From contig CAVVMW010000005.1 of the NCBI GenBank assembly GCA_963749495.1, forward strand, positions 32,001 to 96,000: a DNA stretch of 64,000 bases, given 5' to 3'. Positions 1 through 10,996 of this stretch are shown here, one piece after another. The notes below the pieces were generated by a model that saw only the letters and a list, made by a program, of their open reading frames with translations, had not been told where the DNA came from and did not search any database. Position numbers and translations under genes: made by a program. This DNA comes from an uncultured bacterium. Its GTDB lineage: Bacteria > Verrucomicrobiota > Verrucomicrobiia > Limisphaerales > UBA8199. Within the stretch, counting starts at the first letter, position 1, and each line of letters opens with the position of its first letter.

Positions 1-153
1 GGAGGCGGAATCGTTCGCGGCGGGGGAATACCTCTGCGGTCACGACTTCGCCACGCGCTGGGCCAAGGGTAGTGTCGCGAGAGACGCATGTGACGGCATT
101 GTTCGCCCGACGGCCCGCGGCACGTCCCGGGGCGGGCCGCCGGGCCGGTGACC

Positions 154-966
154 TTAGCGAGCACCCCCTCGGGGCAGGTTGGATCGCGTCAGCGCCTTCA
201 GCACCGTCTTCAACTGCTCCGGCAGCAACCGCTGGCCCTCCGCCTCCAAGTGCTCGAAATTCGGATACCGGGCGATGGGCGCTTCCAGACTGGCCGCAGC
301 GTCCGACGCATGGCCCACTGCCTCCCGCAATGCGACGAGAAGGCCGGCCAGCATTGCGCTCTGCTCACCCACCTCTTTAGTCAACCGCTTCAGACTGCGC
401 GTTTCCCAGAATAGGCCATCGTCGCTCACGTCGTCCAGAAAACCGAGCTTCTTGGCCTCGTCCAGGAGCGCAACCACTCCCAAGTGGCAGCGCAGGAAAT
501 TTGGCAGCCCGCCGTAGCGCGGGTCGCTGGCGTAATGCGTCTTGCAGAAGGAACCCCATGACCAGCCTCGCAGCTTGGTCCGGAGCTTCCCGAATGTCGG
601 GTCAAAAACCTCGCTGGGGAACTGGCAAAGCCCGAAGTTGGCCGGTTCGCACCCGTCGCCCGAGTCCGTCTCAAACGCGATCACGTGCTGGGGCAGAACA
701 CGCACAGGATCACGGGTGATGCCCAGGCGTTTCTCCCGCGGTTTGACTGGAAGCACGATGCGGCCACGCGCCTGAATCAGCAGCCAGCGATGCGGCGCGT
801 CGATGGCCAGCCGCCTGAAATCACACTCGTCGCCACGAAATTCGGTCATGTCGCCAACATGCTTAAGAGGCAGATCGAGCGCCGCCTGATGAAGCTGCCG
901 CACGAGCTTGCGAGAGTGGGCTTCGTTTCCAGTGGTCGCCAGTTGGTAATAAATCGTCAGTCCCAT
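154..966 (-). CDS. Conserved-looking hypothetical protein (270 aa)
   Basis: Natural composition; motifs MGLTIYY, GCEPANFGLC, SFCKTHYAS, NFLRCHL look like a conserved uncharacterised family; no function recognised. Confidence 0.7.
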   Translation of the reverse strand: MGLTIYYQLATTGNEAHSRKLVRQLHQAALDLPLKHVGDMTEFRGDECDFRRLAIDAPHRWLLIQARGRIVLPVKPREKRLGITRDPVRVLPQHVIAFETDSGDGCEPANFGLCQFPSEVFDPTFGKLRTKLRGWSWGSFCKTHYASDPRYGGLPNFLRCHLGVVALLDEAKKLGFLDDVSDDGLFWETRSLKRLTKEVGEQSAMLAGLLVALREAVGHASDAAASLEAPIARYPNFEHLEAEGQRLLPEQLKTVLKALTRSNLPRGGAR

Positions 967-1017
967 ATCGCTTCGCTGGTGTTGAGGTTGCTGTTCATAC
1001 GTCGGATTTCAGAATTA

Positions 1018-1455
1018 TTAAACAGAGGTGGCACCGCGGGAACGGATCTCAGCGATCAGGTGCTCGGTAAACACCTTTGAAAGGTCCGTGGCACAGCCAA
1101 TCGTTTCTTCCTCCAAGGCCTCCTCCTCCTCCTCAGCGGCCCCGGCCTCTGCGCACGAGAGGGCCTGTGTCGTGTAAGACCGGTCAAGCTCGGCCGCTTC
1201 GGCTCTCCGGGCGGCCTCCTCTACAGTTGCCTCCAACGTGCGACCACGCGCCATGATGGTCTTGCGGCCGTGTTCTTCGTCGTGGCCCTGGCAACCACCC
1301 CATGTTTCCACGATCTCGATAGTCCAGCGGTCCGGACGCGTGCGCGAGATCGTGACGTCTACGTCGTGGTAGTTATGACCGGGCACGTGCCCGTATTTTT
1401 TCCCCGCAGAGGATGTGACTTTTAGAGTTTTCATTCGATTTGTGCTTTTGCTCAT
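1018..1455 (-). CDS. Hypothetical protein (145 aa)
   Basis: ATG start, co-oriented with 154-966, protein-like composition with an acidic tract. Confidence 0.55.
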   Translation of the reverse strand: MSKSTNRMKTLKVTSSAGKKYGHVPGHNYHDVDVTISRTRPDRWTIEIVETWGGCQGHDEEHGRKTIMARGRTLEATVEEAARRAEAAELDRSYTTQALSCAEAGAAEEEEEALEEETIGCATDLSKVFTEHLIAEIRSRGATSV

Positions 1456-2244
1456 ATATGTTTCGTTTGGCTACCAACTCGTCTGCCCCCTTTGGGATGC
1501 GCGCTCGGCCAGCGGCTTGGCCAGGCTCGCGATCACGCGCAGTGACGTTCATACCTTTCCAGAACATTCTGAGTTCTGCAGGAGGGCACACTTTTCTTGT
1601 CCCATTGTCGTCTTCTGTGCTAATTCCTTGTTTCACTTCTCGGTCCGAACGTCCCTACGCCACGCGGCGTGGACCTGAGCGTATCCAACTTAATCCCCCG
1701 CCGTGATGTGCCATAGCTTGGCATCTTCGTGCCTTCGGCTTCGGAGTGGATCCCGATTTGGACAGAACGGTCGCCCAGATCCCATTGAACCCGCCAGGCC
1801 GACCCACCAGCCGATGCTGTAATGCCACCTCATCGTGGCACGAAGCCCTCGGCCCGGATGGACCAGCAGCCCCGAGCTCGACGTTCGCCGAAGCGGGCAC
1901 ACCGCCCCGACGTTCTTCATCCAGAAGAGCATCCGCCAATTAAGCATGTGTCTGCTCTCGAGTTGGAGGTGTTGGCCCTGACCAAGGCGTTCGAACCGGC
2001 CCGCTTCAACCGGGTCAACACGCGCAAAGGGCTGCTGGAAGGCCACGTTGAGCCCAAGGCGGTCACCAATCCGCCGTGCGCAGCCACGTTCTTTTCAGGC
2101 GCGTTATCCGAGCCGACCGAAAGCCGGTGTCGACCGCGATTGCCTCAGTCGAACAAACTGCCCTCGAAGGCAGTTACGCGGGGATTCGTCGCCGAGGGGC
2201 ACGGATCTGGTGGCAGTGACCAACGAGATGGGCGAGTTTGACAT

Positions 2245-2375
2245 GCACCGTCCCCGGAGTGCAGTCGCATAGACCAGATCCATGTGCCGGCGCACTACTA
2301 CTGCAAGCGCCGGCTGGCCCCCCCGGCTCGCGAACCGGCGCAACAGACTCGAAATCGCCCTCGTTCGTCTTTCAC
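2245..2375 (-). pseudogene. N-terminal relic of an ECF sigma factor
   Basis: With one frameshift reads DFE-LLRRFASRGGQPALAVVVRRHMDLVYATALR, a typical ECF region 1.2/2.1 start, then loses similarity. Confidence 0.55.
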
Positions 2376-2898
2376 CCTATAGGCTGCCCCCGATGGGCAA
2401 AAATTACCACGATGAGCGGGTTGGTGCGCCACCGCTGCTCGATCAGGTTCAGCCACTCGGTCATGGGCGGCCTATAGGCGGGCTCCTCCTGGACCATCCG
2501 CCGGGCGCCCATCATCAGCGCGAGTTCGCCATGGATGCACAGGCTCCGCACCGGCTTCACCCTGTGAGGCCGGGCCTTGGCACAGGGCATCAGGAAGGCG
2601 TAAATGCCGTCCCGCTGCTCGATTTTGAACGTCTCGTGGATGAACTGGTCAATGACCTCGAGGTATTGGTCCTTCGTCTGCGGCTCGCGCAGGCCCATGT
2701 TCACCACAGATCAAACCAGGAAGCTCCGCCCATGAGATCCCACTCCGCGTTGCTGGTGCGCATTCTCCTGAGCTCCGCCTGCTGCGAGTTGGCTTCGCTC
2801 CAGAGGCGGGCGTGCCGGGCCACCAATTGCCCGCCCTTTGGAGATATGCCCTTTTCCTGATAAAATTCGGATACGGGCTTGCGGAAGAAGATATGCAA
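2372..2898 (-). pseudogene. Fragmented hypothetical protein (two abutting frames)
   Basis: ORFs 2701-2898 and 2372-2707 overlap by a few bases and have protein-like composition. Confidence 0.3.
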
Positions 2899-3126
2899 AG
2901 CTGGGCAGCGCCGGGAGAGAGTGATCGCGACGCTCTCGAATGGGCTAACGGGTTGCCGGACGGGCCGGAGCGCGATGCCTTTCTTGCGGGCCTCTGCACC
3001 ACGTCAAACATGGCCGATCCGGAGGATGCCATGCAAAAAGCGCTCTTAATGTCTCCGGGCAAAGCCCAGACCGAAATCTTCCAGGAGACGGCGTTCCGGT
3101 GGGTTTGCGAATTGCTGGCCAAATGA
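2880..3126 (+). pseudogene. Fragment of a helical 'DP..A..WA' repeat protein
   Basis: ALEWANGLPDGPERDAFLAGL...DPEDAMQKA resembles repeats common in verrucomicrobial proteins; no clear start. Confidence 0.4.
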
Positions 3127-3755
3127 CTCTCCTCCTGGCGGGGCCTGCGCCTGCCACTCCGCGATCACAGATTTGCCTCGCCACTGTCTCAATACAGGAC
3201 ACCTGTCCCCACACCGAACGACGATTCGAAGCTGTGTTTTCAAGCAACTCTCCGGCGATGACAATTCAGTAGTCGGCTAGGCCGCCTTCGATATTTCACC
3301 GCGCCTGCGCTCTAAAATGTCCTCCGTGCCTGGCAGTTGCGTTGACGGTGAACGTCCTCTCGATCAACGCGTTTGCCAACGTCCTCGAGATGCTGGCCCA
3401 CCTACGCGCCATCGGTATCACGGCGAAGACCTGCAGCCCCCGCCCACAGGTCATCATGGTTGCTACGCAAGTGACCGACCCCGAAGTGGACCGGCCATCC
3501 CTTTTCGAGGTGGCACGCACCTACGTCTCTCAAGGGCAGGCGCTTCTCTCTGGCGCGCAACGTGCTACACCGGCTCGCGATCGAGTGACGCCTATAGTAA
3601 ATAAGCGGCAGACCCGAAAACGCGCATCGATTGCCGAAGCGCGGGTCTGCCTGCACTCGCGAATCATCCCCGCTCCTCACGCCTGCGTTAAAAAACCAGC
3701 CGACACTGCTGCTATACATAATAACCAAAAGATACAACTCGGAGGCTAATCTGAA

Positions 3756-4370
3756 ATGACAGCAGATCCGATCAGCTCAGCACTTCTAAATGAGAGTATC
3801 ACGATCGCACCCGGCACGATAGCAGAAGAGCGGCTAATGTTCCAGTGGGACTTCAGCTCCCTGCTGCGAATTGCGAACGAGTTCAAAAAGGCCGACATTG
3901 CTGCCCCAAAGGACGTATCCGCAATGTGGGGGTCAGGCACCGTCGAGAAGCGCCAGCCCAAGTGGCACTTGAGCAAACCAAGCGCATACCCTCGAGAGGT
4001 GCCACATCGCGACCAGGTTCAAGGAGGGGTTACTGCCGAGCAACTCGCGGCGGCAAAGGACGATCATGGCTGGACGGCCCTACATTATGTAGCCGCATAC
4101 GGACATCTCGCCCAGATCAGGGGAGAAGTCAAGATAGGGCAGCTTCTTGGAGTTAAGTCTAATGACGGCACAAGTGCTTTCGATGCCGCAGTCGAGGGTG
4201 GCCAGCTTGGGCAAGCATTTGGTCCCGAGCCCCTCGGTGCATGGTTAGAGCTACACGCGTATGAGCAACAACTCGTGCGTGACGCTCTGAAGGAAAAACG
4301 CATTCCCGAGAAGATCGCAAGGGTCATCGGCATCTGCTGCAACGCGGACGACCCACCGGCCTGGATGTGA
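3756..4370 (+). CDS. Ankyrin-repeat-containing protein
   Basis: DDHGWTALHYVAAYGH and DGTSAFDAAVEGG ankyrin-like motifs; GGAGG upstream of the ATG. Confidence 0.65.
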   Translation: MTADPISSALLNESITIAPGTIAEERLMFQWDFSSLLRIANEFKKADIAAPKDVSAMWGSGTVEKRQPKWHLSKPSAYPREVPHRDQVQGGVTAEQLAAAKDDHGWTALHYVAAYGHLAQIRGEVKIGQLLGVKSNDGTSAFDAAVEGGQLGQAFGPEPLGAWLELHAYEQQLVRDALKEKRIPEKIARVIGICCNADDPPAWM

Positions 4371-4729
4371 CAGCGGACCGATCAACTTCGCCGAACTGAC
4401 CTTGGTGAGCGTTTAGAGGGCTTGGGCCGTGTGCGGCTGGCGTGGATTTGGCGCCAGGCGCGACTGGAGCAGGAGCCACAACCGGTGGTGATTTAGGATC
4501 GGCCACGAATGTGCTGGCCGTCGGGTGGCCGGCTGGCGGGAACGGGGCCAGATCCAGCAAGCACCGGTCGTGGCAGAGCAGATCGAGGTGGATTTTATGG
4601 GCGGCTGCGAGTTTACTGGCATCGGTCTGCGCGGCGCTGGCGTCGGGCCAGGATTCGAGGGCGTCCAACTCGCGCCACCAGGCCTTCTCCAATTCGGTGA
4701 TGAGGAAATCTGCGCTGTCATCCTCGCGC

Positions 4730-5076
4730 ACTGGCCAAAGGGGCAACTCGCCTTCGCCGGCTACGCCGATCCCGCCTCTGCCCTTGAAACGGCCCTCTGC
4801 GCCATGAGCCGGGGCGACATAAACCTCCCGGCCGCCAGTGTGACACCGGAGGCGAAGAGGAGAATGACCCGCGAAGACTGGGTGGGGGTCGAGCATGGCT
4901 CCCCAGCGGATGAGATCGCAGCCTCGACCAGGAGCATTGCGGATTCGCTCAGCCCATCCGGCGCATTCTACTTGGTTAGTCAAAAACTGACTCCCCCGGA
5001 TCAGGCGATTCTGGACGTTTACCTCGGTGGCGAGGGCAACACCCGCAAGTTCGTGCTCGAGAAGATCGGGGCCTAG
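4730..5076 (+). pseudogene. Fragment resembling the C-terminal extension of verrucomicrobial ECF/exported proteins
   Basis: LAFAGYADPASALETALCAMSRGD motif; no credible start. Confidence 0.3.
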
Positions 5077-5197
5077 TGGAAGCTGAAGGCCTTGGGCGCC
5101 GCCGGAGCCGGGGACGACGACCTGGGCGCGCCAGTTTGGCCCTGAGAGTAGGTCAACAACAGTCGGACGCGGCCAACTTGCCCGAGGGGCTCACCGA

Positions 5198-6079
5198 TCA
5201 ATGCCCGAACACGCCCTTGCGAAAGAGGAAACTGCGCTCCTTGGCTCTAACCAGGATGAGTTTGCCATTGTCATACCGCCAATAATGGCTGGCGACGGTC
5301 CTGCCTTTGGCGTCGTAACGTTGGGTTTTAATCGTGCCCTTATCCTCCAGAAACTCGGCGCCCCCGTCACCCGTGTCCTGCACTACCTCGGCCTGCTCGA
5401 AATGGTCGTTTGACCAGCGGTAGATATTGAGCCAGGGCGGCAGCTCACCAGGAGACTGCTCGAAAATAACCCAGTCGCCCCCATAAGTGGCTACGCGCTG
5501 CGGAGTTCCATACATCGTCAACAGGCGAACCCACTGCTTCCTCCGCGGATCAAACCCAAGGATTTCCGTGAAGTCGCACGCCGCCCCTAAGCCCCCCTCC
5601 AGGACGACCTCCTCCGCATCCCAAGTTGTGAGCTTGGCCGTAGCTATGCGAACGCCCACAACCCCGTAAGAGCAGACATTTCCGAAAGGGTCACTTCCGA
5701 GATCGTAAAGCACCGAATGATCCTCCAGGAATCCGTAAACGCCGCCCATGTCAACGCCCTTATCCGTTGGATCAACGAAGAGGTGGATGACAGCCGGTTG
5801 CTGACGGCAATCATCCTCGTGGACCTTTGGCACGGGCCAGAACTGAACGGTTTTTGCCTTCAGCCACTGGTTCTTCGGTTTGCCGACGGCTAGTTGCTCC
5901 ACTGCGACCGGGCGGAAGCTCAAGGCAATCGCTTCGTGAGACGCCCTGGCCCCGCGAGGGCGGTCCCCCAATTCCCGGGTCTGCGCTAACGGATCGGCGG
6001 GCGCAACAACGACGAGCAGGCCCATCGCCGCGCAAGAAACAGGCCAGAACGATAACCACTTGAATTTCGGACAGAGCAT
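5198..6079 (-). CDS. Putative exported hypothetical protein
   Basis: Long ORF; ATG at 6079 followed by a hydrophobic signal-like segment. Confidence 0.6.
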   Translation of the reverse strand: MLCPKFKWLSFWPVSCAAMGLLVVVAPADPLAQTRELGDRPRGARASHEAIALSFRPVAVEQLAVGKPKNQWLKAKTVQFWPVPKVHEDDCRQQPAVIHLFVDPTDKGVDMGGVYGFLEDHSVLYDLGSDPFGNVCSYGVVGVRIATAKLTTWDAEEVVLEGGLGAACDFTEILGFDPRRKQWVRLLTMYGTPQRVATYGGDWVIFEQSPGELPPWLNIYRWSNDHFEQAEVVQDTGDGGAEFLEDKGTIKTQRYDAKGRTVASHYWRYDNGKLILVRAKERSFLFRKGVFGH

Positions 6080-8043
6080 AACGTTGATGAGAAAGCTGAT
6101 AGGCGTAGTATGATCTGGCAGGGCAGGGGTGGCGAGTGGTTGAATAGAGCCGCTACCGGAAAAGCGTGGGCTTCGAGCCACAGGCCCCAGTTGCCGCCAT
6201 TGAACAGCGAGGCCTTCTGCACGATGAGTTCCAGCGTTTTCACACCCGCCACATTGATGTCATAGGCGGCTTTGGCCGAGCCGCGAATGGTGCGGGAACG
6301 GAAGGCCTCTTTGCCATCGGCCTTGATGATGAACACGACCGAGCCGTGCGGTTGGTGCATCGTGTGCAAGCCGGCTTCGCCCCGCAACTTCCTCCATTTG
6401 CCGCCCAAATCGAAGACATACCGGGAAGGTGAATGCGCGTAAAGGCCGGTGGCATAGACTCTTCCTGAATCCAGCAGCGGAGACGGGATCTCGTCATTCC
6501 TGGGGATGCGGTTGGCGGCGGGCTGGAGCCAGCCCACCTCCGCGGATGCGGGTTGGGCCTCGCCCAAAGCCAGCCGTGTGAATTCGGCTGGGGCAGTGGC
6601 CGGGATGGGCCTGGCCTCAGAGGCGAGGGTGGCGACGAGCTTGCGCGCGATTTCCCTGGTGGACTCCGGCACGGAGCGGGTTTCCAGTGCCTGCACGGCG
6701 GCGCGGGCGGCCTCGGCGTGCCCGTCGGCCACCGCGGAGGCCACCGGTTCCAGGTCTCGGCGAAGTTCCCACTGGGAGAGGTCCACGCGGCCTTCCGGCG
6801 TGACGGCGAACCCCAGGCGCTGTTCGGAGACGCGGCCGTTGACATGGCAGAATTCGACGCGCAAATCCCCGTTGCCGCAAGGTGCCAGGTCGCTGATCTC
6901 GATGGCGAAACGGCCCTGCGCATCGGGCACGGATGTGGCCGTCGGCGCGCGATACCCGCCGTCGTGCAGGCTGTCGAAATAAGCGATGATCCCGTAAATC
7001 GGGGGCGTGCCGGTCACCGTCCCTTCGAGGCGAAGCGCGCCGCGCTTGCCGGCCAGGTCGGTTCGTGTCACGTTCGTGGAGAGAGACAAACTGCAGTGTT
7101 CGAGCCGGCCGTTTTCGGCCTGCCCTTTGTCCGACCCGTTGAACACGGGATGGGCGGCCAACCGCATGGCGCTGGCCATGGTCAGGAATGACCCCTGGCC
7201 TTCGCCGCGGCGCTCCTCGCGGTAGGTATGGTTGCCCGCGCCCATGAGCGAAGTGCCCAGGGCCTTCTCATCCCAGCGCTCGCCGCAATGAGGCAGCCGG
7301 AACGCGTGGCCCAGTTCGTGGGCGATGCCGCCCAGAAAAATGGTGGTGTGCTTGCCCAGCGACATGTCGCCATACTCGCCGTCGTTCAGCCGGGGTTGCT
7401 TCCGCGTGAGGTTTGCCAGGTCCTGGTTCGCCCAATCCGCGGCAAAGCACAACCCAGCCTGCTCCGACCAGTCACCGAAATAGGGCGAATGATGCCGAAA
7501 GGTGCCGGCCTTCTCATCATAGGTGGCCAGGTGACAGAAGATGAGCACGGTCTCGCGGTCGAAAGAGATCCCGGCAGCCTCGAGCACCGGACGGCAGTCC
7601 CGCTTGACCATGTCGCCGCCTTCCGGTGCGCCTGTATTGCCTCCGTTCCGGCCTATCCACCGCGGGAAGGCCGCTTCCGGCTCCTTGCCTTTGACCAGAT
7701 GGAAAACGAGCTTCCCGTCGGCGTCGCGCGCCAAGGCAAAGGTCCTCGGCCCAAACCCGCACCGGCTCATGCCGTCCCTGTAAAAGGCGCGCACGTCTTC
7801 GATAATGGCGTCCAAACGCTGCTCGTAGTTGGCCGCGGGCTCACGGTCCGCCGGCGTGAAATAGACCAGGTGCAGTTTCCTGGGCGGTTCGGCGGGACGC
7901 GGGCCATGGTAGGCGTCGAGGATCTTCAACACCAGCGCCGCCTGCTGCGATTCAGGGATGGGGTCCGTCGCACCCAGCGCCGCCATCATGGAGGCCAACA
8001 GACCTAGTCCGAATCCGACAACCAACCGGGAGCCACATCGCAT
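5986..8043 (-). CDS. Secreted zinc metallopeptidase-like protein with C-terminal NPCBM/NEW2 carbohydrate-binding module
   Basis: Signal peptide; HELGHAFRLPH (HExxHxxxxxH); C-terminal GLYAHSPSRYVFDLGGKW...GSVVFIIKADG; true stop probably near 6160 (frameshift about 6180). Confidence 0.8.
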   Translation of the reverse strand: MRCGSRLVVGFGLGLLASMMAALGATDPIPESQQAALVLKILDAYHGPRPAEPPRKLHLVYFTPADREPAANYEQRLDAIIEDVRAFYRDGMSRCGFGPRTFALARDADGKLVFHLVKGKEPEAAFPRWIGRNGGNTGAPEGGDMVKRDCRPVLEAAGISFDRETVLIFCHLATYDEKAGTFRHHSPYFGDWSEQAGLCFAADWANQDLANLTRKQPRLNDGEYGDMSLGKHTTIFLGGIAHELGHAFRLPHCGERWDEKALGTSLMGAGNHTYREERRGEGQGSFLTMASAMRLAAHPVFNGSDKGQAENGRLEHCSLSLSTNVTRTDLAGKRGALRLEGTVTGTPPIYGIIAYFDSLHDGGYRAPTATSVPDAQGRFAIEISDLAPCGNGDLRVEFCHVNGRVSEQRLGFAVTPEGRVDLSQWELRRDLEPVASAVADGHAEAARAAVQALETRSVPESTREIARKLVATLASEARPIPATAPAEFTRLALGEAQPASAEVGWLQPAANRIPRNDEIPSPLLDSGRVYATGLYAHSPSRYVFDLGGKWRKLRGEAGLHTMHQPHGSVVFIIKADGKEAFRSRTIRGSAKAAYDINVAGVKTLELIVQKASLFNGGNWGLWLEAHAFPVAALFNHSPPLPCQIILRLSAFSSTLCSVRNSSGYRSGLFLARRWACSSLLRPPIR

Positions 8044-8290
8044 ACACCCCCAGCGATTAGCGGAAGAGCGGCCGGGATGTCAAGGTTCCGGCCGCGTTTC
8101 CATTGCCTTGCCAGTTGCTGGCCCGTCTCATTGGGAGCGGAATCCGGCATTCGTCATCGGGCGGGCCCTTAGGCCGCTCGACCGCCGATGGCCTCAGTCT
8201 GGCGAGTTGCTGGTCGAATGTGGCGACTTCCAAGAATGTTCACGCCCCTCAAACACGCCCGCCGAGCCTTGCTACAAACTTGCTACAACC

Positions 8291-9613
8291 TGTGGGTAGC
8301 GGAAACTTGGTAGGCAGAAACTTGGTAGCAGGGTGGTGAGTAGGTGGTCTGGGTCTGTTGGAGAAGCGGTTTTGGTTAAAGTGGGCATCATTCGCCCCTG
8401 GGCTGCATTTGCGTCGAGACCCCGATGCCCGCACCGGCAGCAGGGCCAGTCGCCCGACGGGCTCTCAAGAGCTTTCTCCGGGCTGAGTCAGGGTCAGGGT
8501 AACGCCCCGCCTCAGGCAGCCACTCGCGTATAACGATGGTGTAGACCTCCAATCTGAGGCAGAGCGATGATCCTGCCTTGTTCCGGCGGTTCGACCGGGC
8601 GCGGCTCGGGACAATCTTGTTCCAGTGCCCGATGAGGCCGGTGGCGATGGTAATACTCGAAATACTCGGACAGCACCCGGTGTAGGTGCCGGGCATGGAG
8701 CACGATCTGGGAGTCCAGGCACTCGCGCCGAATGGAGCCAATGAGGCGCTCAACGAAAGGATTCTGCCAGGGGCAGCGAGCCGCGATGAGCTTTTGCTCC
8801 AGGCCCAAAGCGGTGGCTCGAGCCTGAAATTCCAGGGCATAAATGCTGTCGCGATCCCGGAGCAGGTAGCGGGGCGGACTGGAGTAGGCAAAGGCCTCGG
8901 TCAGTTGCTGCGCAGTCCAAGGAGCCGTGGGTGAATCGGTCACATTGAAATGGAGCACCTTGCGGCGCTCATGGGCAAGCACCAGAAAGACGTAGAGCAC
9001 CCGGAAGGTGGCCGTCGGGACGGTAAAGAAGTCCACCGAAACCAACTCCTTGGCGTGGTTCTGGAGGAAGCTCTTCCAACTCTGGTCGCGGCGGTCGCGG
9101 CGCGTTTTGGGACGATACTTGCGCACGGTCGAATCCGAGACGTGGAGGCCCAGCTTGGCCAACTCCGCCTGGATGCGCTTGCTGCCCCAGTTGGGATTGC
9201 CCGACCACATTTGGCGAATGAGGGTAACCCGTTCCCTGTCCAGGGAGGGCCTCCCGGCGCGAGCCCCAGATTTCCATCGCCAGAACAAGCGAACACCCAG
9301 GCGGTGCCAACCGACAACGGTCCGAGGCTGAACGAGCACCAGCGACTGGTTCCACTTGGACCAGAATCGCCGGAGCGGCACCCAGAGGAGCCGATCCGAA
9401 CGCCTGAGCCTGGGCTTGGGGGCCGAGCGCCGGAGCACGGCCAGTTGATGGCGGAGGGCCAGGTTTTCCAACATCAATTCCCGGCGAGATTGAAGGCCGG
9501 AGCCGAACGTGCGGACGACCAGCGACAGCAAATAGAACATCGGTGAGAAATCTGGCAGCCCGCGGTGGAAAATCAACCGGGCCGCTGAGGGATGGGTTTT
9601 TTCGCTACCCACC
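8291..9613 (-). mobile_element. IS481/IS3-like insertion sequence with rve integrase-core transposase
   Basis: Imperfect TIRs TGTGGGTAGCGGAAA (8291) and reverse complement GGTGGGTAGCGAAAA (9613) around the transposase. Confidence 0.7.
8512..9540 (-). CDS. DDE transposase, integrase core (rve) domain
   Basis: LENLALRHQLAVL, VDFFTV, LLRDRDSIY, PWQNPFVERLIGSIRRECLD motifs. Confidence 0.92.
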   Translation of the reverse strand: MFYLLSLVVRTFGSGLQSRRELMLENLALRHQLAVLRRSAPKPRLRRSDRLLWVPLRRFWSKWNQSLVLVQPRTVVGWHRLGVRLFWRWKSGARAGRPSLDRERVTLIRQMWSGNPNWGSKRIQAELAKLGLHVSDSTVRKYRPKTRRDRRDQSWKSFLQNHAKELVSVDFFTVPTATFRVLYVFLVLAHERRKVLHFNVTDSPTAPWTAQQLTEAFAYSSPPRYLLRDRDSIYALEFQARATALGLEQKLIAARCPWQNPFVERLIGSIRRECLDSQIVLHARHLHRVLSEYFEYYHRHRPHRALEQDCPEPRPVEPPEQGRIIALPQIGGLHHRYTRVAA

Positions 9614-10119
9614 CATCGCCAAGTCCCAGCGGCTGGGCGGCTTGCTGCAGTTTTACTATCGCAAAGCGGCGTAAGGTGCTTTGGGCAGCGAGTCGCTCTC
9701 TGGCGCCGATAGAGCTGGGGTCAAGTTGTGCCAACAACCCAAAGGCCCGAGCGCTTAGCGGGCTGGCGCAGGGTAATGCTGCTAAGAGTCCGTGGTTCAT
9801 TGGGGCGGCGTCAGCGCACTGCCCTGCCGGGCCGCGTGCCCCCGAGATCAACAATACCTTTAGACTTCCACCCGAGTTTTTTGACCTCACGGGGAAAAAC
9901 CCAGCCCGCCAGCGTCGGCGCCCCGGCCAGTCGAGCCCGCCAAGCCGCCCAGCGTTGCCCCCGCCGTCCCTCCACCGCCAGCAACACCCCTCCCGGCGGT
10001 TGGCCCCCCACCACCGCGCCGGAGCCGGGTGTCCCCTCGCAGCCTGCCTCCTCGCTCTCGCCGCCTGAGCCACAGACTGCCCCGCCCCCACAGCCCAAGT
10101 CGTGGACCTGCGCATCGGC

Positions 10120-10760
10120 CTCGACATCGTCAGGACGCGCATCCCGGCCAAGTTCCGGTTCGACCCCATCCGCGATCACAACTTTGCTGCAACTTGTCCC
10201 GATCTCGACCAGCGTGGCGGCGATGGCCTCCGGCTCCGTCCGGTCGGCGTGGCGGCCAGTTCCGGCATCAAGCCCTCGTTGACCCTGTGAGCGTTGGTGA
10301 TGATGCGGCTGTGGGCCGCCTGCCTGAAAACCTCCGTCAGCCGCACCACCGGCACCACCTTGCTCTCGATTAAGTGCCGGAGCACCATGCCGGGCCCGAC
10401 CGAGGGCAGTTGGTCCACGTCGCCGACCAGCAGCAGGCTGGCGCTGGGCGGCAGCGCCCGGAGCAGGTTGTTCATCAGCAGCACGTCCACCATCGAGGTT
10501 TCGTCTACGACCAGGAGGTCGCACTCCAGCGGTCGGCCTTCGTGCGCGTGAACCCGCCCGACGCCGGGTTGACCTCCAGCAGCCGGTGGATGGTCTTGGC
10601 CTCGACGCCGGTCGTCTCCCAGAGGCGCTTGGCGGCGCGGCCCGTGGGCCCGCACAGCAGGCACCGCACCTTCTTGGCCCGGAGGATAAGCAGGATGGCG
10701 TTGAACAGGGTGGTCTTGCCCAGGCCCAGCCCGCCGGTCAGGGCCAGCACCCGGCTGGCG
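10120..10760 (-). pseudogene. recD2: RecD2-like helicase relic, frameshifted, with a short inverted segment
   Basis: [10 protein letters not shown] (Walker A), [46 protein letters not shown]; both ends missing. Confidence 0.85.
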
Positions 10761-10996
10761 CACCTTCCAACCGCTGCTCCCCAGTGAGCCGCCACCATAA
10801 GCCAACACCCATCTGCTAGGCTAAAACCTCCAGAAACAACGCCAGTACTTGCCGGTTGACACCATCATCCCCGCCTGGCAAGTTGGAACCAGAATGAGCG
10901 GGACACAAGACCAATTCTCCCTCACCCGCGCAGCCCCACGTGAAGAGGTGGCGGGTCAACAAACAAATGCCAATCAGTTCAGTTCTGTTACAATCT

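Noticed and set aside
9614..10100. Coding gene in the Pro/Arg-rich ORFs
   Set aside because: Low-complexity translations in all frames; nothing recognisable
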